Source: the human T2T-CHM13v2.0 reference genome, Homo sapiens. Taken from it: a stretch of 64,000 nucleotides of DNA. Location: NCBI RefSeq assembly GCF_009914755.1, contig NC_060925.1; one strand, 5' to 3'. Below, one piece after another: positions 1 through 14,735 of this stretch. Below the pieces are notes generated by a model that was not told the DNA's origin, did no database searches, and worked only from the letters and a program-made list of their open reading frames with translations. Each line of letters opens with the position of its first letter. Within the stretch, counting starts at the first letter, position 1. Position numbers and translations under genes: made by a program.

Positions 1-1960
1 ATTTATAACAAAAAGTTGCAATCTAGGGATAGTTTCTTTCAAAATGTGACTAAAAAGATACAACAAAATTCACAATGCTCATTATCTGTAATTGTGAAAT
101 GTGAGGCATATTTCATTAAAACTGAAACAAGGTAAGGAAGCCCAGTTTTTCTATTTCACATTATAGTAGAGTTCCTAATCAGTTCAATAAGATTTAGAAA
201 TAAGTTAAAAGGATAAGTATTCAAAGCAAAGGTGCAAACAAGTCATTGCTAATAGATAACTTGTCTTTGTAGAATATTCAAGAGAAGATACATGCTATTG
301 GAATTGATAAGATAATTCAACTGGATTACAGAAAATATGTTAACTCTTCCCCCCTTAAATCTATAAATGTGATACAATTACATTAAATTCCATTTTATTT
401 ACAGAATTAAAAAATTCATCCTATCACTCATATTGAAGAGTAAAGGACCAAGAGTAGCCAAGAACAATCCTAACTAAGAAAAATAAAAGAGAATAACTTA
501 TCCTTTCAAATTCTCAATGCTAATTATAAAATGCCGGGAAAAAATACAGCCTAGAATAAAACTGGCACACACAAAACTCACAGCACTCACAGAACAGACA
601 CACACAGGTTTTGAATATGATAGCGGAGTATTACAAATCAGTGTAGAAAGATTCAATCAATGGTGCTAGGCAATTGTCTACCCTGTGGGGAAAAAAAAAC
701 AATACAAATGAATTTGGACCTCATGCCATGTACATAAATAAGTTATGCATAGATTAAAAGTCCAAATATTAAAATCAAAATTTTAAAATATTTTAATAAT
801 ATAGAATTACTTTATAGCATTGAAGTTGGAAAAAGAGTAAGATGTAAAACACAAGCCAGATGAAAAAGATTGGTAAATGTGACTATCTTAAATGTAAACA
901 GGTAAACTTTGGTATATGTGAGATACCATAAACTGATTTAAATAAAGCCACATTGCAGGAAGCATTCCCAGAGAATTTAAACAAACAAACAAAAGATTAG
1001 TATTCTGAATATATAAATAATTTCAACAAGTCAAAATGTTAAAAAAGGTCTACTAATAGAAAAATGGATAAAGAATATGAATGCACAATTTTAAAAAGGG
1101 GAAACTTTAATGGCCAATTATTTGAATTACTTGACAAGAAGTGCACCTTCACTTTTAGGCAGAAAAATTTAAATTAAAATGTCACAACTTGAAATTCATA
1201 ATATTGGTGACACTTAAAAAATTAGGTAATACCAAGTTGATGAGAAAATGAAAAATCACACACTGCTGAAAACAATATAAATCTGCAAATAATTTGAAAA
1301 CAAATAAAACTGAAGATACACATATATCACTACAATTTCATTTCTAAGTATTTGAATGCCCTAGAGGAAATACTTAGAAATGAAATTGTAGAGATTTGAA
1401 AGTGTAGTCCTGAATCACCTGGGAGCTTTTTACAAATACAGATACTCCCAGATTAACTAAATAAAAAGCTGCAACTTAACAAGATCTGTAGATAATTTAT
1501 ATCTACATTAAAGTTTGAGAAGCATTGCCCTGGACTAAAACAGTGGTTCTCAATATTGAATGCACATTAGGACCATCTGAGATGTTCTCAAAATATATCA
1601 ATTCATGGGCCCCACTCCTGAAAAACTTGAATTGCCATCTATACTCAAGAAATTCCCAAATGATCCATTTCATTGTTTATCCATGGAATCTCTGTACTAG
1701 AGAAAATCTCATATATGCACAAGGAAATACATGAAAGATTATACAGTTTCCAAAAGCAAAAATCTGAACAAATCCCAATTGACCGTGTGTTTATAAAATG
1801 TTACGTTGTATAATATAATCTTCAACTGCAGACAAAATGAGTTAACTGGGTCCCTGTGTATCAATATGAACTATTCTGAAAAACAAAATGCTGAGTGCAA
1901 AAAGCCAGTTGGGAAAGAATTGTGCAGTATGAAATTATGATACCATTTATGAAAATATAT
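1..1960 (+). mobile_element. Ancient L1M (L1MC/L1ME-like) ORF2 3' half and 3' region, heavily degraded
   Basis: A-rich + strand. 118-195 resembles the L1 ORF2 '[22 protein letters not shown]' segment; 655-780 and 1055-1130 resemble later ORF2 segments. Interrupted by MER5-like pieces. Confidence 0.7.
1398..1660. mobile_element. Two adjacent MER5-like (hAT-Charlie MITE) fragments
   Basis: 'aaagtgtagtcc..atcacctgggag..taaagtttgagaagcattg' (1398-1528) and 'cagtggttctcaa..gggccccac' (from 1541) match MER5 termini and body. Confidence 0.6.
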
Positions 1961-3259
1961 GTCAATTCTGTAAATTATTATTTAGAAACTAAAAGTCCAA
2001 TCCTTTAGGAAGGGAGCAGTGTTTTGTTTAAAATATACTGTGAAATACAGAGCTTCTACAATTTAGACCAGGCTGAACTTTGGGGATCATTTCAAAGGCC
2101 TCATTTGGTCCCAGAGAAGTGGTGCATTTCTGGGTGTACATGTAGGTCACAGATTAGTCAACCTTATGGTCATTAAAATCTAGCTTTTGCAGCAATGCTG
2201 ATGCTAATGTTGCTCTCCTAACTGGATATTAACATAGTTCTATATTCTAATTTTTAACATTCAGTTGACCTGAATTCTCATCCAATCTCCTGACCTCTCT
2301 ACCACCACACATATTCATACAATTTTCCTTCCAAGCATACAGAAGCCCTCTGTGTGTACTTTCCACTCCCATCTCAGGAGGCACTACAGAGCCTGGGTCA
2401 TGTTTCAGCCTGTGCAAAATGAGTCCTATTTACATACCTGGGCTGGAAGAGTACCAGGTGTGTTTGAGAAAAAGATACTCTGTTAATGTGCAGCACTATC
2501 ATCAACTAGGTTTTGTGTGTGTGTAATTTTGGAGGTAGTGATAGACAAAGTCATTTCTCTCTTTAGAAAAAATAATCGAGAAACAGGTTTTGATTTTGTG
2601 CATTTTCATCAAATTCAAATAATCTAGAAAAATGGAGTGAGATCAAAAGCTACAAGAAAGGCTCAAGCGAGCTGGATGCGGCATAGCCTGTGGTGACCAA
2701 GGTTTTTTGTTTTGTTTTGTTTTGTTTTGTCACAGTGAAGAATGACATACAATTAAGTGAAATAATTTTTCAAAGTGAATTCTGCAGCAAAAACTCCTTT
2801 TTAATTTTATCCATCAGAAAGTTTGCAAATGCCTATCATCTACAGGTATTATGCTCCCTTAAGGCAGGAGTCATACTTCTTTACAATCTCTTTAGAGAGC
2901 CAGGGGTATAGATGTACAAAAAGACATCACAAAAGAAGTAAGTAAATTGCTTAGTACCAAATAAGGGGACACAAATTCACTTCCGGAGGAGTTGAGAGAA
3001 GGAAGTTGGCCTGGAGTGCTCAGAAAGACTTTTTAAAAGTTGTAGGTTTTATATAGGGGCCTGATAAAGATTACTAGGGGCTTAACGGTAGGGACTATGG
3101 GTTGGTCATTTTTACAGCACATATTTACATAATTGAAACTCATTAAATATTTGCAGATGGTGAGAGACAGGATTTGTATCATTAAAGAGGAGAAGGACTT
3201 CAGACAAGCTAGTATTGCTTGCAGAAAGACAGACGGGAATGCCAAAGGAGAGCAGGAAA

Positions 3260-3790
3260 TATTTCTCGAATACTTAATATGTGTGAAACACTGTGCTACA
3301 TACTTTATATCCATTACCTCATTTAGTAATGTGCCTCGCAGTACCACACAGTCATGCTATGAATTAGGAATTATTAACCTAATTCTAAGAGAAGAAAAAT
3401 CTGAGACCAAACTGATCATAAGCGGCAAGACTGGGTCTCAACCCAATACTGTTTTTCACTAAACCTTGTATTTAGTATATTAAACATGCTGCTTGCTCAC
3501 AAGGATCTAAGCTATTGAGTCATGGTAAGAAGATTCAAAATGAAAATATCCAATATGAAATCTAAGGCCACAGAATTTGCAGTTAGGCTGCCTTGAAACT
3601 CTGGTGCTTACTATTTGTTTAACATTGAACAAGTGACTTAAATTTTATGATCCTCTATTTCCTTCTGTAAAATTTGGATAATTAGAGAAAATACATCAAA
3701 GTGATTTAGAGGAAAATGTATAAGATAATAAATGTACAGAAATAGAACACTACCTGACATAAATTATGTATTTGATAAATGTAGGCTTTA
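3260..3790. mobile_element. Two MIR fragments in opposite orientations
   Basis: MIR core-like 'gaagaaaaatctgagacc' and 'ttgaacaagtgacttaaa..ttctgtaaaatttggataat'. Confidence 0.5.
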
Positions 3791-4629
3791 TAGAACTAAC
3801 ATTAAATGCTGTTGGATTGAAGAGCTTAAGCAGTCTTTCCTGTTTTCTTTTTTTAAGTTTCAGAATGGCTCTGAATAATGTATACATTATACATTAATTT
3901 ATTTAGTTGTCTTTGTTTCCTTCTAAATAACATTCTCTGAGCACTGACTCTTCTTCCATGGTTAGGTAGACTGCACCATTAACTTAGTCATAAATTTTCT
4001 ATTTGTGCAGATCATTTTTATCGAATATCTTTAGAAAAAACAGAGTTTATATTGTTTAACCTGCATCACTATAGTATCTAGTTGCAGAAAGTACTCAACT
4101 ATAAAATCTGTATGTTTTTGTCATAGGTATCATTCCTTGCCATTGAAAACATTTATGATTCTTTAACATTGGCCAACAGATGGCAGATATTAAAGGACAC
4201 AAAGAGCCAAATATTCTTACCCTTCCAGACTGGATACTCTCTCCTCATACAAGATAAACAGAGCACAGCCAGGTGAGAGAACGTGCTGTAGAGAAGCCAG
4301 CCCCCTGAAGCTATGACTGGCTTTTCAAGAGTATCACTGATCCAGACCATTTAGAGAGTAATATCAGACTCGGTGGAGCAGAGAGTCCCTACATTTAGCC
4401 TAAAGACAAACAGCAACTGAAAAAAATACAGAAAAAGTCTTCAGGAGAAAGTTCACGGTGAATATCCTCTTAACTGAGAAATAAAAGATACAGAGGTTAA
4501 ACATAAAAAAATGACTAAAGAGTAAGCAAAGAAAGTATATAAAAAAGAAAGATGACAAAGCTAAGACATTAGGTGACAATAAAAATTACAATTGCATGTA
4601 ATAAAAGAACAGGATAAATAATAACTAGC

Positions 4630-4850
4630 ATTAATTATATCTTCACTGTGCACCAAGAACTATTCTAACTATTTATGCATATTAAAGAATTACATCTTCA
4701 CAATATTTATGTGAAACATTTTCACTCCTATTTTGCTGATGGGGCGACTAAGGCTAATTCATTAACTTGCTCAGATCACTTAATTGTTAACTAGGAGATC
4801 TAGGATTCAAACTGAGCTGATCTGAGTCTGAAACCTAATATTTTTTTTCC
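4630..4850 (-). mobile_element. MIR
   Basis: 'cctattttgctgatggggcgactaaggct..taacttgctcagatcac..ggattcaaact' MIR core. Confidence 0.6.
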
Positions 4851-5192
4851 TCCAAGGCTATGCAGGCAGAAAACAAAAACAGTAGAGCTTTATAAGACAA
4901 ATCTTGGATTGAAGAGAAACATATTTCGTGGAGAAACCTTAGCTCCTCACAGAGCTGAGTAAGAGTGTTGATACCTTATCCCAATAATCCCTTTAATCCC
5001 CTATTTTGTGAGTGCACCTATGAATGCATTCAAAGACTGGGGTGTAAACAGTTTATATAAGTAGCCGAAGGTACTATATTAAGACAGTTATCACTCTGCA
5101 TTATTAAAATTATATCCTCACTTATCTGCCTTTTTAGACTGTGAGCCTTGAGCCTTTTGAGGGTAGGGGAAAAGATCTTGTATTGAATGGTG

Positions 5193-6638
<1,446 letters not shown>

Positions 6639-7940
6639 TTATTTGCAAAATTCCTGACATACTGTAGGTGCTCAAAAATCCTAGTTTGTCCCTCTCCCTA
6701 TCCCTTTTCCTTATCCCTGTAACATACTGTTCATGTCCTCATATTCCACTTTCAATCAAAATTATTTGCTTTCTTTCCACATGGTAGCCTCTGTGTGCTT
6801 ATGCTTTGCCTTCTTTGTTAAGAGAGGACTGTGTTCCCATCCAGCCTCATCCCTCCACTTGAGCACTAAGTCCATTCACTTTAACTACTCGAGGGCTTCA
6901 TTTCACTAATCCTCCCATTCTCTCCCACATCATCCAGTGTTTTACCTTAATTAGATCATTCCCATAGCATGTGTTATAGTTCTTCAATCTTTAAGAAAAA
7001 ATAAACAGAAACAGAAAAACAACAAAAAACCTCTTGAGCAATCTTTTCTGTTTACTGCCTCATTTTACAATAAAATGCCTCAAAATAGTGTTTGTAGTCA
7101 TCATATAATTTTCTCTTGATTTCTTTCTAATTACACTTTCACCACTACTACTTCCCTGCAACTACCTTCTTTCCTACCACCCTACAACGATGCACATTAC
7201 TTAACCCAGTGACAGGTTCTCAGCTCTCATCTTACTTAGTATATTACTCAACGTTTAGAATAATTGATCACTTTGTTCCCCTTGAAACATTTTCTCTGCT
7301 TTTCTGGACATCACACTCTCCTGGTTTTCTACTAACCTTTACTGGCCTCTCTTTGCCAGTCAGCTCTGATGGTTTTTTCCTCCTATCTCACTAGTCTCCT
7401 GATGTTAGAGCATCTCAAGCATAGATTGTTGGACCTCCTTTTATCTACATTACTGCTTTAGTGAGTCCATCACATTTTATGGTTTGAAATACCAACTAAA
7501 AAGTCAAGAACTCTTCCCTGAATTGTAGACACAGATCTCCCTCATTTCTTTCCCTTGGGTTCAAGATTAGATGTACAATTCTCTGTTCAGTATCTTCACA
7601 TGGTTGTCTAGTACATATCTCAACATGTCTAATGAAAACTCTTGTTATTTCCACTCAAACTATCTATCATGCCAGCCTTTCTTATCTCAGTTAATCATAA
7701 CTAGTTTTTCCAATTTGCTCAAACCAAAATCCTTGAAATCACCCTTGGTTTCCCTCTTATTCTCACACTCCACATATATTATCAGAAAATCTATTTGCCT
7801 CTAACTTTAGAGCCTCCTAACTTCATCTGCTATTGTCCATGTCCCAGGCAATCAGTTCTCAACACAGAAGTCATAGTAATTCTAATAAAATCAATCAGAT
7901 TGCATTGCATTTCGCCCAAACACTCCAATAGTTTCTTATC

Positions 7941-9182
7941 TGTTATGTACTGCATTCTGTTGTTAGCAGAAATAAGGACATTAAAGGTGATACTGATGAG
8001 GGTTCTGAAAGAAAAGAGGAAGACAGTAGTGCAAGCTATTATTGTTTTAGAGAACATATATATCGTTACCATAATGTTAGTAGAAATATGAACACTAAAG
8101 GTGCTCTGGTAGGGTCTCAGCTGAAAATGAGGAACATGTTATCAGAGACTGAAAGAAAAACTGTTCATGCTATGAAGTGGCAAATACTTGGCTGAATTGT
8201 GTTCTAGTGATCTGTGGAAGGTAGAGCTTAAAAATAATAAACTTAGATATTTAGCTGAAAAGATTTCTAAGCTAAGTGTTGAAGGTGCAGCTTGGGTTTT
8301 CCTTACTGCTTAAGATAAAATGAGAAAGGAGAGAAATAAAGAGAAGAAGAAATTATTAACAGAAAAAAACCAGAACTTAAAGATTTAGAGAATTATCAGT
8401 TTATACATACTGCAAAAAAATGAGAAAGTATGTTCTGGAAGGGACAACAAAGATATGGCTGAACAAGTACTCCATAAAGAGATTGCCCATGGATTTAATC
8501 AGCTATGTCTCCAGTGGCCAGCACAGGAAAATAGAGCTATTCATATGTGATCATGCTTTATCCTACAAAAAAAGAAAGTATGACCTTGAAGGTAATTCAG
8601 ACATCATCAGAGCTCCCACTTGCACCATAGGCCCAGAGCATGCATGCCCAGGAAGGCAGATTATTTACTTCTCAGAGAGGGTGGGGCCACCTCCTAGATT
8701 TCAGTAGCCAAACTGCCCCTTAAAGAGTCATGGGGGCAGGATAATGCTTAAGGCTATGGAAGGGATGCTGCTGCCTTATTGGGCCTGGAGAGCAGAGCAT
8801 CTGGCCAAAGAGGAGTATTCTTAAGCCTTAAGATCTAATAAAATGCCTTGATAGGTTTTAGAATGGCTTGGGACTCATCATGTCTTTCTTCTTTCTGATT
8901 TCTCTCTCTTGGAATGGGAATGTTTATCTTATTTCTAATCCACTGTTGTAATTTTAACACACATAACAAGTCTTGTTTCACAGGTTCATAGCTGGCAAGG
9001 AACTTTGCCTCAGGAAGAGGCATACCTCTTGACTCACCTATATTCTATTTAGATGATATTTAGATGAGACTTTGGACTTGAAATTTATGCCAAAATGGGT
9101 TAAGACTTTTGGTGCTCTTAGCATGTGGTGAATGTATTGTAAGTGAGGACATGAATTTGGGGAAATGGGGCAGAGGTGAGAA
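7941..9182 (+). mobile_element. MaLR internal sequence (MLT1A/MST-int-like)
   Basis: MaLR-int motifs 'ttggctgaattgtgttctag', 'gatttctaagctaagtgttgaagg', 'gatgagactttggact'. Ends in a purine-rich PPT-like tract directly before the LTR. Confidence 0.8.
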
Positions 9183-9566
9183 TTTTATAGGCCAAATTGT
9201 GTTCCCCCAAATTTATATGTTGAAATCCTAACCTCCAATGTCAGTTTAAGGGTTTGTAGACAGGGCCTTTAAGGAGGTAACTAACGTTAAATGAGGTCAT
9301 CTTGGATGGCCCCTAATCTAATATGACTGATGTCCTTATAGTAAGAGGCAGAGACATCAGAGCTGTCTTTCTTTCTGCATACACACCAAAAAATGGCCAT
9401 GTGAGGACACAACCAGAATGTGGCTATATATGAGTCAGGAAGAAAGATACCACCAGAAACCATCCCTAATAGCATCTTGATCATGAAGTCCTATAAAAAT
9501 AACTATCTTTAGTTAAGTCACTCAGTCTTTGGTATTCTGTTATGGTAGCTCAAGCAGAATAACATA
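9183..9566 (+). mobile_element. MLT1A-like 3' LTR
   Basis: 'aattgtgttcccccaaatttatatgttgaaatcctaacc..gccatgtgaggacac..ggtattctgttatggtagc' MLT1A/A0 features. Confidence 0.8.
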
Positions 9567-10598
9567 CCATCACACTCAGAGCCAGGGGTATAGTCTGTCC
9601 AATGGCTAACAGTGACCTTCCTCTCTACATCCTGTTGCTTTTCCAATATAATCTATTACTATTTTTCTACCAGCTCCATTGGTTCCTTGCTCTCTGACAT
9701 TTCCGTGGCTCAGGGGCTATAACTTGTGGTTTCATTTATCTGGACTCTCCCTTCAGATATATGCATAGCTTTTTCCTTGTACTTCTTTTAATTATTTGTC
9801 CAAATATAACCTTGTCAAAAATTATTTCCTTGAACATTCTGTTTACAAATTTTACCTTTCTACCTTCCTTGATAAAAAAAAGTCTTCATAGAACATACCA
9901 CCTTCTGACGTATTACATAAATTACTTATATGTTTTGTTTCTTGTCCCTTCTTACTAAAACCAAAGTTCCTTGAATAGAAATTTTTGTTGATCTTGGTCA
10001 TTGTTCACTTCAGTGCCTAGAATAGATTCTGTCAGATAATAAATGTTTAATAAGCATTTGTTAAATTAATGGAAATGTATTTATATTTTCTTCTCTGCTA
10101 GTCAAAGAATAATGACCTTCATATTTGTACTTCTAAGGCCTATATGGTAAATATAAAATATTTAATACTTTCATTAAATATTTTTATTAAATATGAATAG
10201 AATAATAACAAAATAATAAATCAAGGTTGATAACAGGGAGAGGAATCAGGAGTCTAGTATACAACCCTACCATTTCATTTCTGATATTTATATAAAGTTG
10301 GTATTCTATGTAATATTTGGAGATGATTGCTAGGAATATGACAGTTATCTTAGGCTGTGTTTGTTTTTTCATGTTTTATAAAGTTGATAATAAACAGCAA
10401 TAACAGGTCCTGTTGCCAAGCTTCCCAACTAATGTGAATGTTGCAAGGTGAATTAATTAGTAAGAACAGATGTCATGCATGCAGTGCAGTTCTAAGGGAT
10501 CTGCTGGCCATGGTCCAGTAGCTGGCCTCATAGCACAGTGTAAGTACAGACTGCATACGTAGACACCAGCCAGTTTAGGTTCACATGTGGAATCACAG

Positions 10599-11686
10599 TG
10601 TTGTGGGAAGTCAGGGACCCCGAATGGAGGAACTGGCTGAAGCCATGGCAGAAGAACATAAATTGTGAAGATTTCATGGACATTTATTAGTTCCCCAAAT
10701 TAATACTTTTATAATTTCTTATGCCTATCTTTACTGCAATCTCTGAACATAAATTGTGAAGATTTCATGGACACTTATCACTTCCCCAGTCAATACCCTT
10801 GTGATTTCCTATGCCTGTCTTTACTTTAATCTCTTAATCCCATCATCTTTGTAAACTGAGGAGGATGTATGTTGCCTCAGGACCCTGTGATGATTGCATT
10901 AACTGCACAAATTGTTTGTAGAGCATGTGTGTTTGAACAATATGAAATCTGGGCACCTTGAAAAAAGAACAGGATAACAGCAATGATAAGGGAACAAGAG
11001 AGATAACCTTAAACTCTGACTGCCAGTGAGCCAGGTGGAACACAGCCATATTTCTCTTCTTTCAAAAGCAAATGGGAGAAATATCGCTGAATTCTTTTTC
11101 TCAGCAAGGAACATCCCTGAGAAGGAGAATGCATCCCTGAGGGTAGGCCTCTAAAATGGCTGCTTTGGGGGTGGCTGTCTTTTACAGTCGCAGCTGTAGG
11201 GATGAAATAAGCTCCAGTCTCCCTTAGCGCTCCCAGGCTTATTAGGATGAGGAAATTCCCGCATAATAAATTTTGGTCAGACCAGTTGTCTGCTCTCAAA
11301 CCCTGTCTGCTGATAAGATGTTATTAATGACAATGCGTGCCCAAAACTTCATTAGCAATTTTAATTTCGCCCCATCCTGTGGTCCTGTGATCTTGCCCTG
11401 CCTCCATTTACCTTGTGATATCTTATTACCTTGTGAAGCATGTGATCTCTGTGACCTACATCCTATTTGTACACTCCCTCCCCTTTTGAAATCACTAATA
11501 AAAACTTGCTGGTTTTACGGCTCAGGGGGCATCACGGAACCTGCCGACATGTGATGTCTCCCCCGGACACCCAGTTTTAAAATTTCTCTCTTTTGTACTC
11601 TTTCCCTTTATTTCTCAGACCAGCCGACACTTAGGGAAAATAGATAAGAACCTACGTGAAACATCGGGGCTGAATTTCGCCCGATA
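10599..11686 (+). mobile_element. MER11A solo LTR (HERV-K11/HML-8)
   Basis: Starts TGTTGTGGGAAGTCAGGGACCCC and ends CCCGATA, 1088 bp. Internal repeat gaacataaattgtgaagatttcatggaca at 10654 and 10745; AATAAA at ~11497. Perfect 6-bp TSD TCACAG (10593-10598, 11687-11692). Confidence 0.93.
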
Positions 11687-12973
11687 TCACAGAGATGTCT
11701 TTGCACTGTTTTTGAATATCACTTTCAAGGATAGTAACACACCAACATAATTTTAGAGATAATTGGAATGTTGTATTTAGCTAGATATTTCATTGCAAGC
11801 TCATTACAGTTTGCAAACAATATTTACAATTTCTCTTATTTCTTTTGTTAAATGCTTAACTACTTGCCTGCTGTAATGTAAAATAGCAAAGAATTGAAAT
11901 GCATGTGCACCTGGTTTATTTGAATAGCAAATTTTTATTCATGTTCTCAGTAATAGGCAGAAGAAAAGCAAACAGAAATTAAGTGGTTAATGAAAAAATA
12001 ATGACTATGGCAAATTTGCTTTTGCAAACTGCTTAAGTTCTCATTATCCAAATAAAAATGATTGAAAATAATCTCAATATGAAGTAAGGATTTCAATCTA
12101 TTAACTTTCTTAAAATTCAGTGTGTGCAAAACATCTGCCACAAATTTACCAAGAAATTTCCATTATTATTTCTAAAATTAAGTAATATCTAACTCAAGAA
12201 TCTGAATATTGCAGTGGGCAATAAATACAAAAATACAAAATATTATGAAAAACCATGTCACAATAAACAAAACCTTTGCTTTTTCCATTGGACAGGTTAG
12301 TTCCCTGACCAATACCTTTTTAATCAACTGTTGATTTGGTCTGGCCAAGAAGATATATTAAAGTTATATTAAATTTTTTAAGAAAATATACTATAAAATA
12401 TTAAAAATTCTAGCTCCTGAAGTTAAGCACCATGTGAATTTTTACAATCATCTTAAAGTTCTGTCTTTCATACTGTAGTTGGAATCCCTATGATTTAGGG
12501 CTTAAAATGGTTAAAGTGTAAAGCCCTATGATAACAAAGATTTTTAATACTGTAGTATAAAAAGTATCAAATGAGTGTGTAGGTCTATAAAAAGTAAGAA
12601 ATAATTTCAACTCAAAATCCTTTTGAAAATTCCTCCTACCCACTATTGTAAAAAAAAAAATCTAGCATGTATTTTTCTTTCTTTACCTACAGGTTCCTGA
12701 TGTCAGTGCCATAAACTGGTTCAGGAAATTGTTATAATATAGGCAAAACTTCATACTAATGAAGAAATTATTATTTTCCCAAAACTGTGGTAAGCTATTT
12801 GTATACATTATTCCATCAAATACTCACAATGGCCCTATAAGGCAATAATCTTATTCTAATAAAAATTTAAAAAGTGGGTAGTTAATCTCCCCAAGTGTTG
12901 AAACCAGTACGTGTCAGATAAGGCCTCAGACTTATCTGAAATGAAATTGTCTTTTGGAACTAATAAGTTTTAA

Positions 12974-13341
<368 letters not shown>

Positions 13342-14524
13342 ATGTCGATCTATTTTTAAAATAAATACTGTATGGGACATTGTAAGAGTAATTAGAAAGC
13401 ATTTCATATTGTTTCTGTGCAATAAAGCACTGAAATATGGCTAAAAAGACTTACAACTTAAAATGCAAACTTCAAACATTTATGGACAGAGAAATTAAAC
13501 ATTTTATGTAATAGATAAAAGAGAAGTCAATCAAATAAAGAACAATAAAAAATAACAATAAAACACCCTGTGAAAAGACTGATCAAAAGTGTATACAGAT
13601 AGAAGTTGCAATGGCCAAAAACAGAAATAGTAGACAGTGATACTACATTCCAAATCTAATGATTTAATGAATTCCTCTTGAAGAGGAATTGAGGTTAATG
13701 GAAATTGTTCATGCTTAATTTAGCTGCATACAATGCTCTGATTTTTTATTTTATTTGGATTTAGCCTCACTTTATGCTTTTTCTGCATTTACAAAGTCTA
13801 AGGTAACAAACCATTTCAAATTTTTTAAAAATCAACATTTCAACCCAAAATTTGGAGGGGACAAATCCAGTAAGCAGTTTCTTACGAAAGTTTATTCTTA
13901 CTTCCTACCTGAGTAACTTGCACACTACAAAAGCTCATCTGCAACTGAGAGGGAAACAGTGAGTATCATCACCAAAAAAGCTCTGAGATTTCTAAGCACA
14001 TTCTTTTTTATTTACTTCTGTTTTCATAAATATAAAAATGCATAAAAAGGAGATTTGTCATATATTATAATTTGTTCCACTCTCCAAGAAAATATCTACT
14101 ATCTAATTCTTATACATATACACATATTGTATCCTTTAAAAGAATTTTAAAATATCATTTATTTATGTCAAACAATAAATAACTGAAATGAGAGGAAAAT
14201 AAGAAAAGTTATTGTTCCATAATGTATAAAATGGCACATGATATCATACAACTTTTTGCAAGAAAAAGCAAAACATGCCAGTAAGATCACCACCACCAAA
14301 CACCAAAAAGTTGCAACTCTTAAGAGGGAAAATCACTCTGAAATCACTTTAAAAATGAGGAACTGAATCCAATCAAAAGAAATAAATGTTTCATGATTTT
14401 TCAAACTTTATGAATTTCACTATCACTTTAAATTCTTCAGTATCTACTAAGGATTTTTTACATTCTGTTTGAAATAACTCAAAATAGTCCCTCGCCCTCC
14501 TATAGGTATAGATGGTGGAGATGA

Positions 14525-14735
14525 AAACAAATATATTTGAGTGCTAAATGTGATTTAAATATATTATTTATTTCTCACAGTTATTATGCCAGGTAAATAT
14601 TTTCCCTATTTTACAGATGAAGTAAGCCTGAGAAGAGAAGTTAGGGAGCCTGTCAGTCACACAGCTGGTTCAGGCCTACAAGTATATTCCACACATGCAG
14701 CTCAAAAGAGCCTTTATTATACTTTTTACTGTAAC
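14525..14735 (-). mobile_element. MIR
   Basis: 'ccctattttacagatgaagtaagcctgaga..gtcacacagctgg' MIR core. Confidence 0.6.

Larger units (their letters stand above)
6800..10072 (+). mobile_element. L2 (L2a-like) ORF2 to 3' end, interrupted by a MaLR element at 7941-9566
   Basis: Pyrimidine-rich L2 RT-like segment at 7230-7440 ('ttgatcact..cttgaaacattttc..cacactctcctggtttt'). L2 3' terminus 'cagtgcctag..aataagcatttgttaaattaatg' at ~10010-10072. Confidence 0.75.

Noticed and set aside
3033-3462. Overlapping 104-aa and 109-aa ORFs, and other 60-140 aa ORFs in unique DNA
   Set aside because: No recognisable domains, compositionally biased, often overlapping old repeats; consistent with random ORFs.
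7960-8125. ~45-bp imperfect direct repeat (gttag.agaaata..gac..taaaggtg)
   Set aside because: Lies within MaLR internal sequence and, as I recall the family, is a consensus feature rather than locus-specific.
10654-10773. 29-bp direct repeat with a spacer, superficially CRISPR-like
   Set aside because: Only two copies and an intrinsic part of the MER11A LTR; eukaryotic context, no cas genes.
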